Source of the DNA: an uncultured Chthonomonadaceae bacterium
GTDB lineage: Bacteria; Armatimonadota; Chthonomonadetes; Chthonomonadales; Chthonomonadaceae
Length of the DNA stretch: 64,000 bases
Reading direction: 5' to 3'
Assembly (NCBI GenBank): GCA_963835065.1
Contig: CAWIEK010000003.1
Coordinates: 96,001-160,000 of the forward strand
Shown here: positions 30,102 through 41,155 of the stretch, piece after piece
Layout: each line of letters opens with the position of its first letter
Position numbering within the stretch: position 1 is the stretch's first letter
Translations under genes and position numbers: made by a program
Notes under the pieces: model-generated
What the model was told of the DNA's origin: nothing
Databases searched by the model: none
What the model saw: only the letters and a program-made list of their open reading frames with translations

Positions 30102-30866
30102 TCAGTCTTTGGCAGAAGTGTCGGAAACCAATTTGCCGTCGCGCAGGGTTAATTGCCGATGAGCGGCGGACGCAAGCGCGGGGTTGTGCGTGACAACGAC
30201 TATGGTTAAGCCCTCCTGATTGAGTTGTTCAAACAGGGCGATGATGGATTCGCCGCTTGCGCTGTCCAGATTGCCCGTCGGCTCGTCGGCAAGCAGCAGG
30301 CGCGGTGAATTTATCAGGGCGCGAGCAATCGCGGTACGCTGCATTTCGCCCCCGGACAGTTGGTGCGGGCGATGGTCATGGCGATGCGCCAGTCCCATTT
30401 TGTCGAGCAGTTCTAAGGCGCGGGCTTTGCCCTGTCGGCGCGAAAACAGCGTGGGCAGCGTGACGTTTTCCAGCACGGTCAGGGTCGGCAGCAACCCGAA
30501 ATGCTGAAACACGAACCCGACAGTTTCGCGGCGCAGGCGCGTCAGAGCGCGGTCCTTTAATCCCCGCGCTTCCCGCCCGTCCAATTTCAGACTGCCGGAT
30601 GTGGGCGCGTCCATGCCGCCGAGCAGGTGCAGCAGGGTGGTCTTTCCCGCTCCCGACGGCCCCACAATAGCGACAAACTCCCCTTCCCGTACCGTAAAAC
30701 TCACTTCGGACAGCGCATGTACCGTTTCCACGCCCCGCCGATACTGCCGTGTCAAGTCCTGCGCTTCAATTACAACCGGCGTTTGAAGGGACGAAACGCC
30801 TGCGGCGGCTAACGGCTCACGCCGTAAAGTGTCTTCCTGCATTTTGTCTTCAACCGTGACCGCCAT
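30102..30866 (-). CDS. ABC transporter ATP-binding protein (LolD/MacB type)
   Basis: GPSGAGKTT, LSGGE, LLADEPTGNLD, VVTH. Confidence 0.93.
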   Translation of the reverse strand: MAVTVEDKMQEDTLRREPLAAAGVSSLQTPVVIEAQDLTRQYRRGVETVHALSEVSFTVREGEFVAIVGPSGAGKTTLLHLLGGMDAPTSGSLKLDGREARGLKDRALTRLRRETVGFVFQHFGLLPTLTVLENVTLPTLFSRRQGKARALELLDKMGLAHRHDHRPHQLSGGEMQRTAIARALINSPRLLLADEPTGNLDSASGESIIALFEQLNQEGLTIVVVTHNPALASAAHRQLTLRDGKLVSDTSAKD

Positions 30867-30994
30867 GTATCTCATCCTTAAACAAACGTCCGTGCAATAA
30901 ATTGCGCGGCTATGGTAACGAAGTCCGCCAGCGCGGACTGAACCGTCAGCAGGTCCGAACTTCAATGCCCCTAAAACCCTAAAACCATAGAACC

Positions 30995-32176
30995 CTACAA
31001 CCCTGCTCCTGCGCGGATGCTTTCTACGGGCGATAGTTGCGCCGCGCGCCAGGCGGGAAGCAGGCCGGACACGCTGCCCAAAACCATCGCGCCGAACAAG
31101 CACAACACCACAACCCCAAACTCAGGATGAACCAGCGCGGATGTTGGCGAAAACGGCAGGCGGGCGCGCAGCCAGTTTTCTACCTGATGGGAACCGAGCA
31201 GCGCGATAGCAACGCCCAACACGCCCCCCGCCAAGCATACCTGCATGGCTTCCAGCCAGATCAACCCGAAAATATCCGTTCGTGACGCGCCCACCGCCCG
31301 CATCACGCCGATTTCGCGCGTTCGCTCCGTGACCGCCATTAAGATGGTGTTACTCACGCCCGCGCCCGCCACCAGCAGCGCGACAATCAGGACGCACAGC
31401 AGCAGGGCGCGCGTACTGCTCACCAATCCCTGTATGGAGCGGAACAGATGCGCGAGGGGAACGATATTCATGTCCATGCCCGCCTCGCAGCCCCGCAAGC
31501 CCGCCACCACTTTGTCCAGTTGATCCGGGTCGGACAGGCGCACCAGCACATGCGTCAACTCATGCGGGCGCTTGAACAGCATTTGCGCGGTGGCAAGCGG
31601 CATATAGATGAACGTGTCATCCGCGCCCTGCGTCGGCTGCAAAATGCCCACAACGCGCCCGGCCTGCCCCGGCAATCCCGCAAGAGCGAACGTTTGCCCG
31701 ATCCGCAATTTGCCTTTTTGCGCAACCGTCGCGCCGACAAGACAATCCATTCCCTGCGTTGGAAATCGGCCTTCGATGTGCCAGCCTTTTTTGATGGTCG
31801 GCAGTTCCGGTTCCGCGCCCAGGTAAACGGCCTGTTCGCCCTGCGCGTCGTACAGCGCGTTCATCAGCAGGGGCGCGGCAAGCGCAACACCTTCCGTGCC
31901 GCGCACTTGCGCCAGATAACTTTCCTTTAAGTAGCACGGCCAGCTTGCCCCGTGCAGCGCGATGGAAGCCGCGTCATACGGACAGCCCTTCGGCACAACC
32001 AGCACGTGCGCCCCCAGCCGATCCAATTCCCCTTCCATTCCCGCTTGATACCCGCGCTGAAACGAAACGAGGCTGAACAGCGCGGCAACGGCAATCGCCA
32101 CGCCCAAAATCGTGACCAGCGTTCGCAACCGCCTGCGCCGCATATTCTGCATTGTCAATCGAAACCACGAAGCCAT
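30995..32176 (-). CDS. FtsX/MacB-like ABC permease
   Basis: RTLVTILGVAIAV, ERTREIGVMRAVGA, PAWRAA, periplasmic GCPYDAA. Confidence 0.9.
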   Translation of the reverse strand: MASWFRLTMQNMRRRRLRTLVTILGVAIAVAALFSLVSFQRGYQAGMEGELDRLGAHVLVVPKGCPYDAASIALHGASWPCYLKESYLAQVRGTEGVALAAPLLMNALYDAQGEQAVYLGAEPELPTIKKGWHIEGRFPTQGMDCLVGATVAQKGKLRIGQTFALAGLPGQAGRVVGILQPTQGADDTFIYMPLATAQMLFKRPHELTHVLVRLSDPDQLDKVVAGLRGCEAGMDMNIVPLAHLFRSIQGLVSSTRALLLCVLIVALLVAGAGVSNTILMAVTERTREIGVMRAVGASRTDIFGLIWLEAMQVCLAGGVLGVAIALLGSHQVENWLRARLPFSPTSALVHPEFGVVVLCLFGAMVLGSVSGLLPAWRAAQLSPVESIRAGAGL

Positions 32177-32190
32177 ACTTGATCCAATCA

Positions 32191-32338
32191 GAATTTTCAC
32201 CACCAAGACGCCAAGAACACCAAGAAAAGACATCGGGAAAGATAAGCCGTAAAAGATACGAAGCCAATAAGAATGTAGAGACAACTTCTGAGAATTGCTA
32301 TCTTCTTGGTGTTCTTAGCGTGTTGGTGGTGAAAATTC
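32191..32338. repeat. CACCAC-family inverted-repeat element (copy 2)
   Basis: GAATTTTCACCACCAAGACGCCAAGAACACCAAG ... CTTGGTGTTCTTAGCGTGTTGGTGGTGAAAATTC. Confidence 0.85.
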
Positions 32339-33498
32339 ACTCTGCTCTTAATGCCTGGGCGGGATGCAGGCGGCTGGCTTGCCAGGCCGGGTACAGACCT
32401 GCCGCCAGTCCGACGCCCACGCTCAACAGCAGGCAGCGCGTAATCACGTCCGGCGTCAGGGTCAGCAGGGGCGCGGCGGGCGCGAGCGGAACTTGGGCTT
32501 TGACAAGCGTTTCCAGCCCGTGTCCGCCGAACAGCGCCATTGCCAGGCCCAACCAACAGCCGGAAAGGGTCAGGAACAGGGCTTCAAGGACGAGCAGGCC
32601 GAAGATGTGGCCGCGCCCCGCTCCTACCGCCCGCAGCATCCCCAATTCGCCCGCGCGCTCCAGAACTGAGGTCAGCATGGTGTTGAAAACCGACAGTGCG
32701 CTGATGGCGACGGCGATTACGGCAATGGCGAATACCAGCGTTCGCACCGCGCCCATTAAATTCAGGAACGCGCCAAGCATTTCGGCCAGGGTTGCGGTTT
32801 GCGCGCCCGGTATGGCCTGCAATCGGGCTTGCGCTTCTCCGGTCAGGGACGGGTCGCGCAGGCGGATGGCAACGGCGGTCACGCGGTCGGGCTGATGGAA
32901 CATGGCCTGCGCTGTTGCTAAAGGCACGAAAAACTGGCTGTCGTCACTGGTTCCACTGCGCTCCAAAATGCCGCAAACGCGAAACCGCTTGCCGGTTTCC
33001 GGGCTGTACAGCGTATCGCCCACCTTGCGCATTTCCGTTGCGGCGGCTTCCGCGCCCAAAATCACATCCTCGGAGCCTGCAAACCAGTCCGCTCCCTCCC
33101 GCGCTTTCCACCAGGGCTTGAGCGGGCGTATGGACGCATCCACGCCCACCCACATATCCGTGCGCCCTTCGGAAGGGCCGCGGTACGGTCGCCAGCAGCA
33201 GGGGCGCGGCGCAGGCAACGGCGGGGTCGCGCCGCGCGGTTTCTACACAGGAGGCAGGCAGCGACACATCCAGCGCTTTGCCCTTCAACACGCGGGCGGC
33301 GGCATCATACGGACAGCCGAGCGGAACGAGCATCATCTGTACGCCCATGCCGTTCAGTTCGCGGCCCAACTCGCGCTGATACCCTTCGCCAAAAGCAAGC
33401 AAACACGCCAAAACGCTCACAGCAATGCCGACGCCAATGACGGTCAACGCGGTACGCAAACGGCGGCGCAGCAAATTCTGCAGGGCAAGTAACAGCAT
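32337..33498 (-). CDS. Second FtsX/MacB-like ABC permease (frameshift ~33180)
   Basis: ORFs 32944-33498 and 32337-33218 join. GCPYDAA, ERAGELGMLRAVGA. Confidence 0.88.
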
Positions 33499-33522
33499 TG
33501 TTTCTTCTTAATGTTTGGTCTT

Positions 33523-34239
33523 TTAATGTTTTGTCAGCGTTTGCTCGCCGATATGGAGCAAAATCAGGGCGGTACGCGCCCCATCCAAAAGGGCGGCGGC
33601 GGAAGGGTATGCCGCCTCCGATAGTTTCACGTTTTGAAAGTTTAGCGCCCAATCGGACTGCCACGTTTTGCCGACAAAGACGCGCAAAAAATTATTGGAT
33701 TGCAGTTCGCGGGCAACCGTTTCCGGTTCGCGTAAGCGCTGTAACCGCGCACCCAATACTTTGCCGTTGGCATCAACCGCCAACACCAGTTCAATCACGC
33801 CGGATTCGCCAGCCACGCAGCGGGTTACAATCGTGCCGACACTTTGCTCCGCGCTTCCGTTCTGCCGGAGGATGCGGTGAATCAGAATGGCGTTTTCCTG
33901 TGCTGTCGGCTGCCTGCCAAGAAACTTCGCTATCTGCGGACGCATCCGGGACAGAACAAGCGTATCTTCCCGCGTTGTGAGCGTATTTTCGCGTACTGCA
34001 GGCGCGTCTTTGCGCACTGTGTCGGCGGCTCCAAAAAACCGCTTGCGATCCGCTTCCGGCTTCCGCCAGGGACATAAGCCCGCTTCGTCGTCGCGCGGGT
34101 TGCGTATGGGGAAATCCTTGCCGATGTCCAATGTGGGCAGGTCATCGGGCCGTGACAGTCGCCAGGACGCAAGAGCGGTGATCCCAATCAGCGCGAGACT
34201 TATCCCTGCAAACAACGCGCGCGGCCTGCCTTGTTTCAG
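33523..34239 (-). CDS. Membrane-anchored periplasmic protein (FMN-binding-like fold possible); probable CTG start
   Basis: N-terminal TM, GESGVIELVLAVDANGKV...LREPE. GGAG RBS 7 nt before a CTG that overlaps the upstream TGA. Confidence 0.6.
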   Translation of the reverse strand: MKQGRPRALFAGISLALIGITALASWRLSRPDDLPTLDIGKDFPIRNPRDDEAGLCPWRKPEADRKRFFGAADTVRKDAPAVRENTLTTREDTLVLSRMRPQIAKFLGRQPTAQENAILIHRILRQNGSAEQSVGTIVTRCVAGESGVIELVLAVDANGKVLGARLQRLREPETVARELQSNNFLRVFVGKTWQSDWALNFQNVKLSEAAYPSAAALLDGARTALILLHIGEQTLTKH

Positions 34240-34643
34240 TAGCGTACTCCGGTAGCGTTCACGCCGCCCGCCGCGTCTGCCCGCCCCTGCACCCGCAATT
34301 GTGCGTGAAGGGGAACATCCGAAACAACAAAGCCCGCCGCTTTGGTATCCACGCGCATCACGCCGGTCTGATCCCGCAACTTGAACCAGCAGCCGGCAAC
34401 GGGACACTTTTCAATCATTTCGCCCTGTAGCGTAACGGGCGCATTGGTGGTCAGGCGCGCGGCCTGTACGACGGTGACAACATCGCCGGTTGCGGGCGCG
34501 GTTCCCAACACGGTTGGCGCGGCAGCATGGCATCCCGCCAGCAACATCCCGCCAGGCAATGCCGACAGAACGGACAACAGGCGGACGGAAAGAATATAGC
34601 GGCGAAAGAAAATCTGATTTTTGCGCATAATTGTATTGTCCAT
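34236..34643 (-). CDS. Lipoprotein with OB-fold (DUF4920-like)
   Basis: LAGC lipobox; VTLQGEMIEKCPVAGCWFKL. Confidence 0.7.
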   Translation of the reverse strand: MDNTIMRKNQIFFRRYILSVRLLSVLSALPGGMLLAGCHAAAPTVLGTAPATGDVVTVVQAARLTTNAPVTLQGEMIEKCPVAGCWFKLRDQTGVMRVDTKAAGFVVSDVPLHAQLRVQGRADAAGGVNATGVRY

Positions 34644-34866
34644 AACACCTGAACACCGAACACCGGCTTTAGAGATGTGCCGGGTTGAAGGCATGGAAAC
34701 ATTGTAACATGCTTTTCGTTCGCAGCGCAATATCAAGCGGAAAATAATCTATGCGAATGGTTCTATCTATGTGCGGAAGAGGGTCAATAAAAGGGTTGGG
34801 AACGAAATACTGGTACAAATACGTAGTTTAGAGTGTCTGCGAAGAAGGCAGCGCTGACAACCTCAC

Positions 34867-34937
34867 CCAAAATCGGCTTTTCATTTGCGCTTCGTCTCCT
34901 TGTTGTGACGCCGAGCGCGGTGAAAAGCCGTTTTTGG
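34867..34937. repeat. Long hairpin
   Basis: CCAAAATCGGCTTTTCA ... TGAAAAGCCGTTTTTGG. Confidence 0.6.
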
Positions 34938-34939
34938 TA

Positions 34940-35094
34940 GTAGGGTTTTAAGGTTCTACGGTTTTAGGGTTTTATGTTTTTAGGTGAAGTAACACGCATG
35001 TTGTGTCCTCTTCCTGAAATACGGCGGGCACAACATGTTGTGCCCCTACGAACTCTTATTTGAACGGTATTGACCCTAGAACCCTAAAACCCTA
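34940..35094. repeat. Inverted octamer array (GGTTTTAG/CCCTAAAA) enclosing a GTAG-type REP
   Basis: Arms at 34940-34984 and 35074-35094. The same unit occurs at ~30969-31002. Confidence 0.75.
35026..35049 (-). repeat. GTAG-family REP palindrome
   Basis: Minus strand GTAG + perfect 20-bp palindrome GGGCACAACATGTTGTGCCC. Confidence 0.75.
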
Positions 35095-35643
35095 CTCCCT
35101 GTTGCCATCCGTGATACTGGCTGCGGGAACGGGCAGGGGGGCGGGCATGTCGGCTTCCAGGGGCGGCAGTTGCTCCAGGTCGGCGAGGGCGAAGTAGTGG
35201 AGAAAGTCGGGGGTCGTGACGTACAGCATGGGGCGTCCGAGCGTGGCTTTGCGCCCGGCTTCGGCAATCAAGCGGCGTTCCAGCAGGGTTTTCAGTACCC
35301 CGCCCACAGACACGCCGCGCACGGCTTCAATTTCCGGTGCGGTAATCGGCTGCCGATACGCAATAATGGCAAGGGTTTCCATAGCCGCCCGCGACAGTTT
35401 GCTGCTGCCCCGCGTCAGCATCCGCCCGATCACTTCCGCGTGTTCCGGGCGCGTGGCCAATTGCCAGCCGCCCGCGATCCGCAACGCCTGCAGACCGCTG
35501 CCCCGTTCGGTCAAACTTGCCTGCAGGGAGCGCAGAGCCGCTTCGGTTTCGATTTCGTCCTGCCCAAGCGCGCGGGCAAGGTCGGGCAACGGTACAGGTT
35601 CTCCCGACACAAACAGCAGACATTCCAAAGCCGCTTCCGTCAT
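35092..35643 (-). CDS. scpB: SMC-Scp complex subunit ScpB
   Basis: ALECLLFVSGEP, LSRAAMETLAIIAYRQPIT, GRPMLYVTTPDFL. Confidence 0.95.
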   Translation of the reverse strand: MTEAALECLLFVSGEPVPLPDLARALGQDEIETEAALRSLQASLTERGSGLQALRIAGGWQLATRPEHAEVIGRMLTRGSSKLSRAAMETLAIIAYRQPITAPEIEAVRGVSVGGVLKTLLERRLIAEAGRKATLGRPMLYVTTPDFLHYFALADLEQLPPLEADMPAPLPVPAASITDGNRE

Positions 35644-36464
35644 ATCGCCCCTTGTTCCACAACGGCAAAAAGCCAGATTAAAGCGTACACATCTTTTTGT
35701 TCGCAGCGGATGCGGCCATGCCGGAGCAGTTCCAGCAGGGCGAGGAACGCGAGAACAATGTCGTAGCGCGGGCAGGGCAGATCGAACAGCGAGTCGAAGG
35801 GAATACCGTCCGTACCCGCCCGCTCGATGCGGCGCGCGAGTTCCGCCATTTTCAGGCGCAGGCTCAGGCGCTTGCGCGGCGTGACTGAGGTGACGGGCCG
35901 CTCGTCCACGCCTGCTTCCACAAGCAGGCGGTGCAGGGCTTGATACAACTGCAAGCCCGTCGCTTCCCCCGCAGGGGTCGGCAACATGTAGTCGTCCGTA
36001 TTTTCCGCCGCGCCCCGAAAATAAATGCCCCGGCGCTGCTCTTCCCACTGGCGCAGGGTTTCCAGCGTACCCTGATACTGCTGATACTCCAGCAAGCGCT
36101 GCACCAATTCGGCGCGGGGGTCTTCGGGTTCCTCTTCCGCGCTTTCCGGTTTGGGCTGCGGCAACAGCAGGCGCGATTTGATTTCAATCAGCGTGGCGGC
36201 AATCAGCACGTACTCGCCCGCGACCGTCAAATCCAGCGATTCCCACAGGTCCATATAATCGAGATACTGCTGCGTGATTTCGGCAATCGGAATGTTGTAA
36301 ATGTCCACCTCGTGGGCGCGAATCAGGTGCAGCAGCAAATCGAGCGGGCCTTCAAACGCCGGAATTTTGAAGTGCGGCAGAGTGGTCAGGGAAACAGGGC
36401 GCGTCCCGGCAGGAAGCGTAAGCGAATGGGAAGGTTGTGGCGCGTCAACGGTTGCAGAATTCAT
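35640..36464 (-). CDS. scpA: Segregation/condensation protein ScpA
   Basis: FEGPLDLLLHLI, IKSRLLLP, DPRAELVQRLLEY, FLALLEL. A TTGACA-17-TATGCT promoter at 36503-36475 implies a very short leader. Confidence 0.95.
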   Translation of the reverse strand: MNSATVDAPQPSHSLTLPAGTRPVSLTTLPHFKIPAFEGPLDLLLHLIRAHEVDIYNIPIAEITQQYLDYMDLWESLDLTVAGEYVLIAATLIEIKSRLLLPQPKPESAEEEPEDPRAELVQRLLEYQQYQGTLETLRQWEEQRRGIYFRGAAENTDDYMLPTPAGEATGLQLYQALHRLLVEAGVDERPVTSVTPRKRLSLRLKMAELARRIERAGTDGIPFDSLFDLPCPRYDIVLAFLALLELLRHGRIRCEQKDVYALIWLFAVVEQGAI

Positions 36465-36537
36465 CGTGCCCATAAGCATACACGGCAGGCGCGGGTTTGT
36501 CAAGAGAGTCATTGACATTTGTTGCCGTTCTCGCGCT

Positions 36538-37743
36538 TCATCTCTCATTCTTGATTTCTACTCGGACCGTTGTTCCCTGTCCCGGCGCGCTTTCCAGGGT
36601 GAGCGTTCCTCCCAGCGCTTCCGCCCGTTCCCGCATGGAGTGCAGGCCGACGCCCGGTTTTTGCGTTTCCACATCAAAGCCCCGTCCGTTATCCTTGATG
36701 ACACAGGCGATTCGATTGGGCGGCAGGCGCGACAGCGTGACGGCAATCTCCGTTGCCTGCGCGTGTTTGGCCGCGTTGGTCAGCGCTTCCTGCGCGATTC
36801 GCGTCAGGGCGAAGGTGAGCGCGGGACTTAGTTGCCAGGCCGTTTCCTCCGCCTGCACGGAAACGGATTCGTCCTGAACGCGCAGGGAAATTTGCAGACT
36901 GGCGCGTTCGGCGAAGCGCGCGATGTGGCGGCGCAGCAGGGCAGGCAGGTTTTCCCCCTGCATCATTTCTTCCCAGGGGCGCAGGTGGAAGGCCAGGTCG
37001 CGCCCCTCGTTCCAGGCCGCGCGCAGGGCGGGAACTTCCTCGCGCAGAATGTTCTCGGCTTCTATGGGATCGCGCGTAACCAGCCTTCGCGCCAGTTCCA
37101 GGCGCAAAATTGTGCTGACGAGCGCGTGTCCCAGGCTGTCATGCACTTCGCGGGCGATGCGGGCGCGTTCTTCGGCTGCCGCGCGCTGTTCGCGCAGCAA
37201 TGCCAGTTCGCGGCTGCGCTCCTCATTGTTGACGCTGATGCGCCGCGCCACCGCGCTCACGATAATTAAAAAGAACAAATGCGACAAAAACAGGCGGGCG
37301 TAAATGTGAACGGGGTCGGCATACGCGGGCAGAAATTGCCGGGGCAGCGTTCCCATCAGGTAAAAACACGCCATTTTAAGGTCGAGCCAGTTTTTACGGC
37401 GGCGCGTGGCATACAGCGACTCGAACATCATCACAACAAAGTATAATAACCATAAATCGCTGTGGATGCCGCCGCTGATGCCGATGGCGACGGTCATCAG
37501 CGCGATTTCCAGATTGTTGAACAGGGCGGACGCGCGGGGATTGAGATTGCCATGCGTCCGCAGTCCAAGCCAGGTGCGCGCGCCGCCCTCCACAATCCCC
37601 GCGCAATACACGGCGCATACCACGCCGAACGGCGCTTCAAACACGCCCTGCCGGTACGCAAGGGGAATGTACACGAGCAGAAACCCCAGGCTCATCCACA
37701 AATATTTATTCAGTTGCCACATTTGCCGCGTCGTGGTGTTCAT
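36538..37743 (-). CDS. Membrane sensor histidine kinase (HisKA_3/DesK-NarX type)
   Basis: ERARIAREVHDSLGH, QEALTNAAKHA, DNGRGF, GLHSMRER. Confidence 0.93.
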   Translation of the reverse strand: MNTTTRQMWQLNKYLWMSLGFLLVYIPLAYRQGVFEAPFGVVCAVYCAGIVEGGARTWLGLRTHGNLNPRASALFNNLEIALMTVAIGISGGIHSDLWLLYFVVMMFESLYATRRRKNWLDLKMACFYLMGTLPRQFLPAYADPVHIYARLFLSHLFFLIIVSAVARRISVNNEERSRELALLREQRAAAEERARIAREVHDSLGHALVSTILRLELARRLVTRDPIEAENILREEVPALRAAWNEGRDLAFHLRPWEEMMQGENLPALLRRHIARFAERASLQISLRVQDESVSVQAEETAWQLSPALTFALTRIAQEALTNAAKHAQATEIAVTLSRLPPNRIACVIKDNGRGFDVETQKPGVGLHSMRERAEALGGTLTLESAPGQGTTVRVEIKNER

Positions 37744-37889
37744 ATAGAGAAAATACGCGCCAGGCAGGAAAATGGCAGGCGCGTTGCGAATTTAGTTGTA
37801 TAGCGTCGCGGCTTCCCGTTTTCATCCGTTTTCCAACTTTTCCAACCCTTCCCGTTCTGATGGGAAATGTAATTAGAAAGAAATTCAGC

Positions 37890-39639
37890 ATGTCGTTCCA
37901 ACGCCGTTTCCGTTCGTTCAAATCGCTTCATCCTTTCCGAATCGCTTTCCTTCGAACTGCTTCCGTTCTGCCGGTTTTGCTTGGCGCGTGTGTTGCATTG
38001 CCATCCGCGTCCGTGTCTGCGGCGCATGGCAAGCGCGCCGGCAGTTCCGCGAGCGAGTTGTTTGCCGAAGGCAAGTTTAATCAGGCGCGCGACGCTTACG
38101 CGCAGGCCGCGCGCAGCGATCCGAAAAACGCCGCGCCGCGCCTGGGCTTATTGCGGACGTATCTGCGCCTGGATGACTGGCAAAGCGCCGTATCCGAAGG
38201 GCAGAAAGCGACAGCCGCGTTGCCTGCTAATCCCGATGTTCACGGCCTGCTTGGGATGGCGCTGATGCGCGCCGGACGCCCCAAACAGGCCGAAGCGGAA
38301 GCCGGTAAAGCGCTGGCGCTGAACCCCAAAAGTTACTGGGGATTGGTGGCGCGGGGCCGCGTTCTGATTTTCAACGAGCAAAAAGGCGAAGCCCACGAAG
38401 TTCTGACTCGCGCCTTTGACCTGCACCCCGAATGGCCGGAAGCGTCCTTTTACCTGCTGCGTACCCTTGACGACAAAACCAGCGACGAGGAAGGCCGGAA
38501 AATATACGGGGCTTATCTGAAAAGCAATCCCAAAGGCCACCCGCATAACCTCATGATGGATGGCTTGTCACGCATCTTAGATACGTATAACCCGAACAAC
38601 GCCTACGATAAGAAAACGGACGCAGACAAAAAGCCGGAGGCGAGTACAAAACCGGGTAAAAAAGCCGGGGAAATCACCTTTGAAGCCATTGGCGCAATCA
38701 ATGAGCAAACCCTCAAGGATGCCGATGCGGGCAAAATCAAGCCGGTCACGATTGTCATTCCGTTTGAGCGCTACAAAGAGGACAACCAGACGATCCTTAT
38801 TCCTCTGAGCATCAATGGCGTACGGATGCGCCTGCTTTTCGATACGGGAGCCGGGCATGGCATTTCGGTTGCCGGGCCTGCCGCCGAGCGCTTAAACCTG
38901 CCTGCCATTTACAAGACGTTTGCGCGGGGCGTGAGCGGCAAGGAAGAGGTGCGGGTTGGCCGCGCGCAGGAAATGAAAATCGGGCCGCAGATGTTCAAAA
39001 ACATCCCGTGTGGAAATGGCGGAAACCTCCATTTCCCCCGATTTTGACGGGCTGTTCGGCGGCGCCATTTTTGAAAAATACGCCATCACCGTTGATTACG
39101 AAAACAATAACTTGATACTGACGCGGGGCAAGACGGCTGCCGCGCCCGCGCCCGAAGAAGGCAACCACATCACGACGGTTCCGTTCCATGACTTCGGCGG
39201 CTATATTTTCGTACCTTTGAAACTGGAAGACCGCACCGAGGCCGAATGGGGCCTGCTGGACACGGGCGCGCAGGGCATGGGAGTTTTATCCTACATCACC
39301 GCCTCGCAATTGGCAAAAAAACAACATGCCGACGCGCAAGAAAAGGTTCATATTGACCGGCGGCTTGGCGTAGGCACGAGTAATACAGGCTTCGACGCCA
39401 TTCTGTTCACGTTTGCCATTGATATGGGGCTGGTGTACAATGCGGGAACGCCCTACTTCATGGAAATGACCCCGATCTACGGCGCGTCCATGATCGACTC
39501 GCAAGTAAACCGCCTTTTCGACTTTCATCTGAGCGCAATCGTGGGCATTTCCTATCTCGCCGAAGCCAAGCGCGTCACCTTCGATTACCCGCGCCACTTG
39601 CTGACGATGGAAGGCGGTCCCAAGACGGAGCAGCCGTGA
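37890..39639 (+). CDS. Secreted TPR protein with two retropepsin-like aspartyl protease domains (frameshift ~39010)
   Basis: Signal peptide, TPRs, LLFDTGA...DGLFG and LLDTGA...AIVG. Confidence 0.85.
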
Positions 39640-39690
39640 GGGGGTTGAGGGTTGAGGGGCAGTTGATAGTTGATAGTTTTTAGTTGATAG
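39640..39690. repeat. Heptamer repeats (GGTTGAG; TAGTTGA)
   Basis: Direct reading. Confidence 0.75.
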
Positions 39691-39789
39691 AGATGCGGGA
39701 ACTATGAACAGTCTTTGACTGCCTGTTTCGTGTCATTGATGAGAGTTGGTTCTTACCTTATTTGCCGTTTTCTGTCAGGAGGATTTACG

Positions 39790-41151
39790 ATGTCTGATTC
39801 CAATTTGCCTTCCGAATCTAACTTGCTTTGCGAATCGAATGTGCCTGCGTCGAGTGCGCTTGTGGATGCGCCCGATAAAATTGCCGATTGATATGCCGAA
39901 ACCGCGTCTTCCGGGCTGTCGCGCCGGCAACTGCTGACTTCCAGCGCCGCTCTGGGCGCGGCGGGACTGCTTGCGGTTCGCGTGGAAGTGACGGCGGAAG
40001 CGCAGGACAAAGCGCCGGACGGCAAAGCGCCTGCGGACAAGAGCGGCAAAGCCGACACGTCCAAAACCAAAATGCCGCTCGTTCCCCTGGGCAAGACCGG
40101 CTTCAAAACGTCGCGGCTGGCGATGGGCGGCTCGTGGGGCGTGGATGTGGAAGTGGTTGCGGCGGGCGTGGAGCAGGGCATCAACTACCTCGACACGGCG
40201 GAAGGCTACAATGGGGGACACAGCGAGCAGGCGTTCGGCGAGTTCCTCAAGATGCAGGGAGCGACCGGTAAAAGCAAGGAGCGGCAGAAATTCTGGCTCG
40301 TGACCAAAACGCACGACCACTACAATCTGGAAAGACGGCTGACGGGCAGCCTGAACCGCTTGCAGCAGGACTATGTGGACTGCTACTACATGCACCAGAT
40401 TCAGGACACCAAACTGGCGTCCAATCCCGACATCAAAGCCACTGCCGAACGTCTGAAAAAAGCGGGCAAAATTCGGTTCTTCGGGTTTTCCTGTCATGAC
40501 GGCAACGTGCCCGCCTGTCTCAACGCCGCAGCCGACAGCGACTTCATTGACGTGATTATGTTCCGCTACGATTACCACTACTACAAAAGCGATGAAATGA
40601 ACCGGGCCATAGACCGGTGCGCCAAAGCGGGCATCGGACTGGTAGCAATGAAAACGCAGGTCGGCGGCATGACGCTGCCGGACAAATTCAACCCGTTCAA
40701 GCAGCGCGGCCTGAACCAGCATCAGGCGGCGATTAAGGCGGTTGCGGTTGACGAGCGGATCGCGGCCATCTGCTCGGAAATGACCAATGAAAACATGATG
40801 CGGCAAAACGCCGAAGCCGTCGCCAGCAAACTGACCCTTGCCGAAGCGGACGCCCTTCAGGAACACGCGCAGCTTGTCAGCCATCTGTGGTGCCGGGGGT
40901 GCGATCATGTTTGCCGGGCGGCAAGCGGCGCGGGACAACAAATCGCGGTTGCCGACTCCCTGCGCTTCCTGATGTACCACGACCACTACGGCAAGCGCGA
41001 ACACGCCCGCAATCTCTATGCCGAACTGCCCGAACACGCCCGCGACCAAAACGCCCTTGCCGCCGCCGATTGGAAGGAAGCCAAATCCGCCTGCCCCTAC
41101 AACGTGCCCCTCGTCAAGCTGATGGAGCGCGTTCGGGAGCGGCTGGCGTGA
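39790..41151 (+). CDS. Tat-exported aldo/keto reductase with C-terminal Fe-S-like Cys motifs; in-frame TGA at 39889 in the leader
   Basis: AGGAGG RBS, SRRQLL Tat motif, LGKTG, YLDTAEGY, CRGCDHVC...ACPYNVP. Confidence 0.85.
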
Positions 41152-41155
41152 GGAA

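Noticed and set aside
36538..37743. Histidine kinase without an adjacent response regulator
   Set aside because: Orphan kinases are common, and nothing else is unusual.
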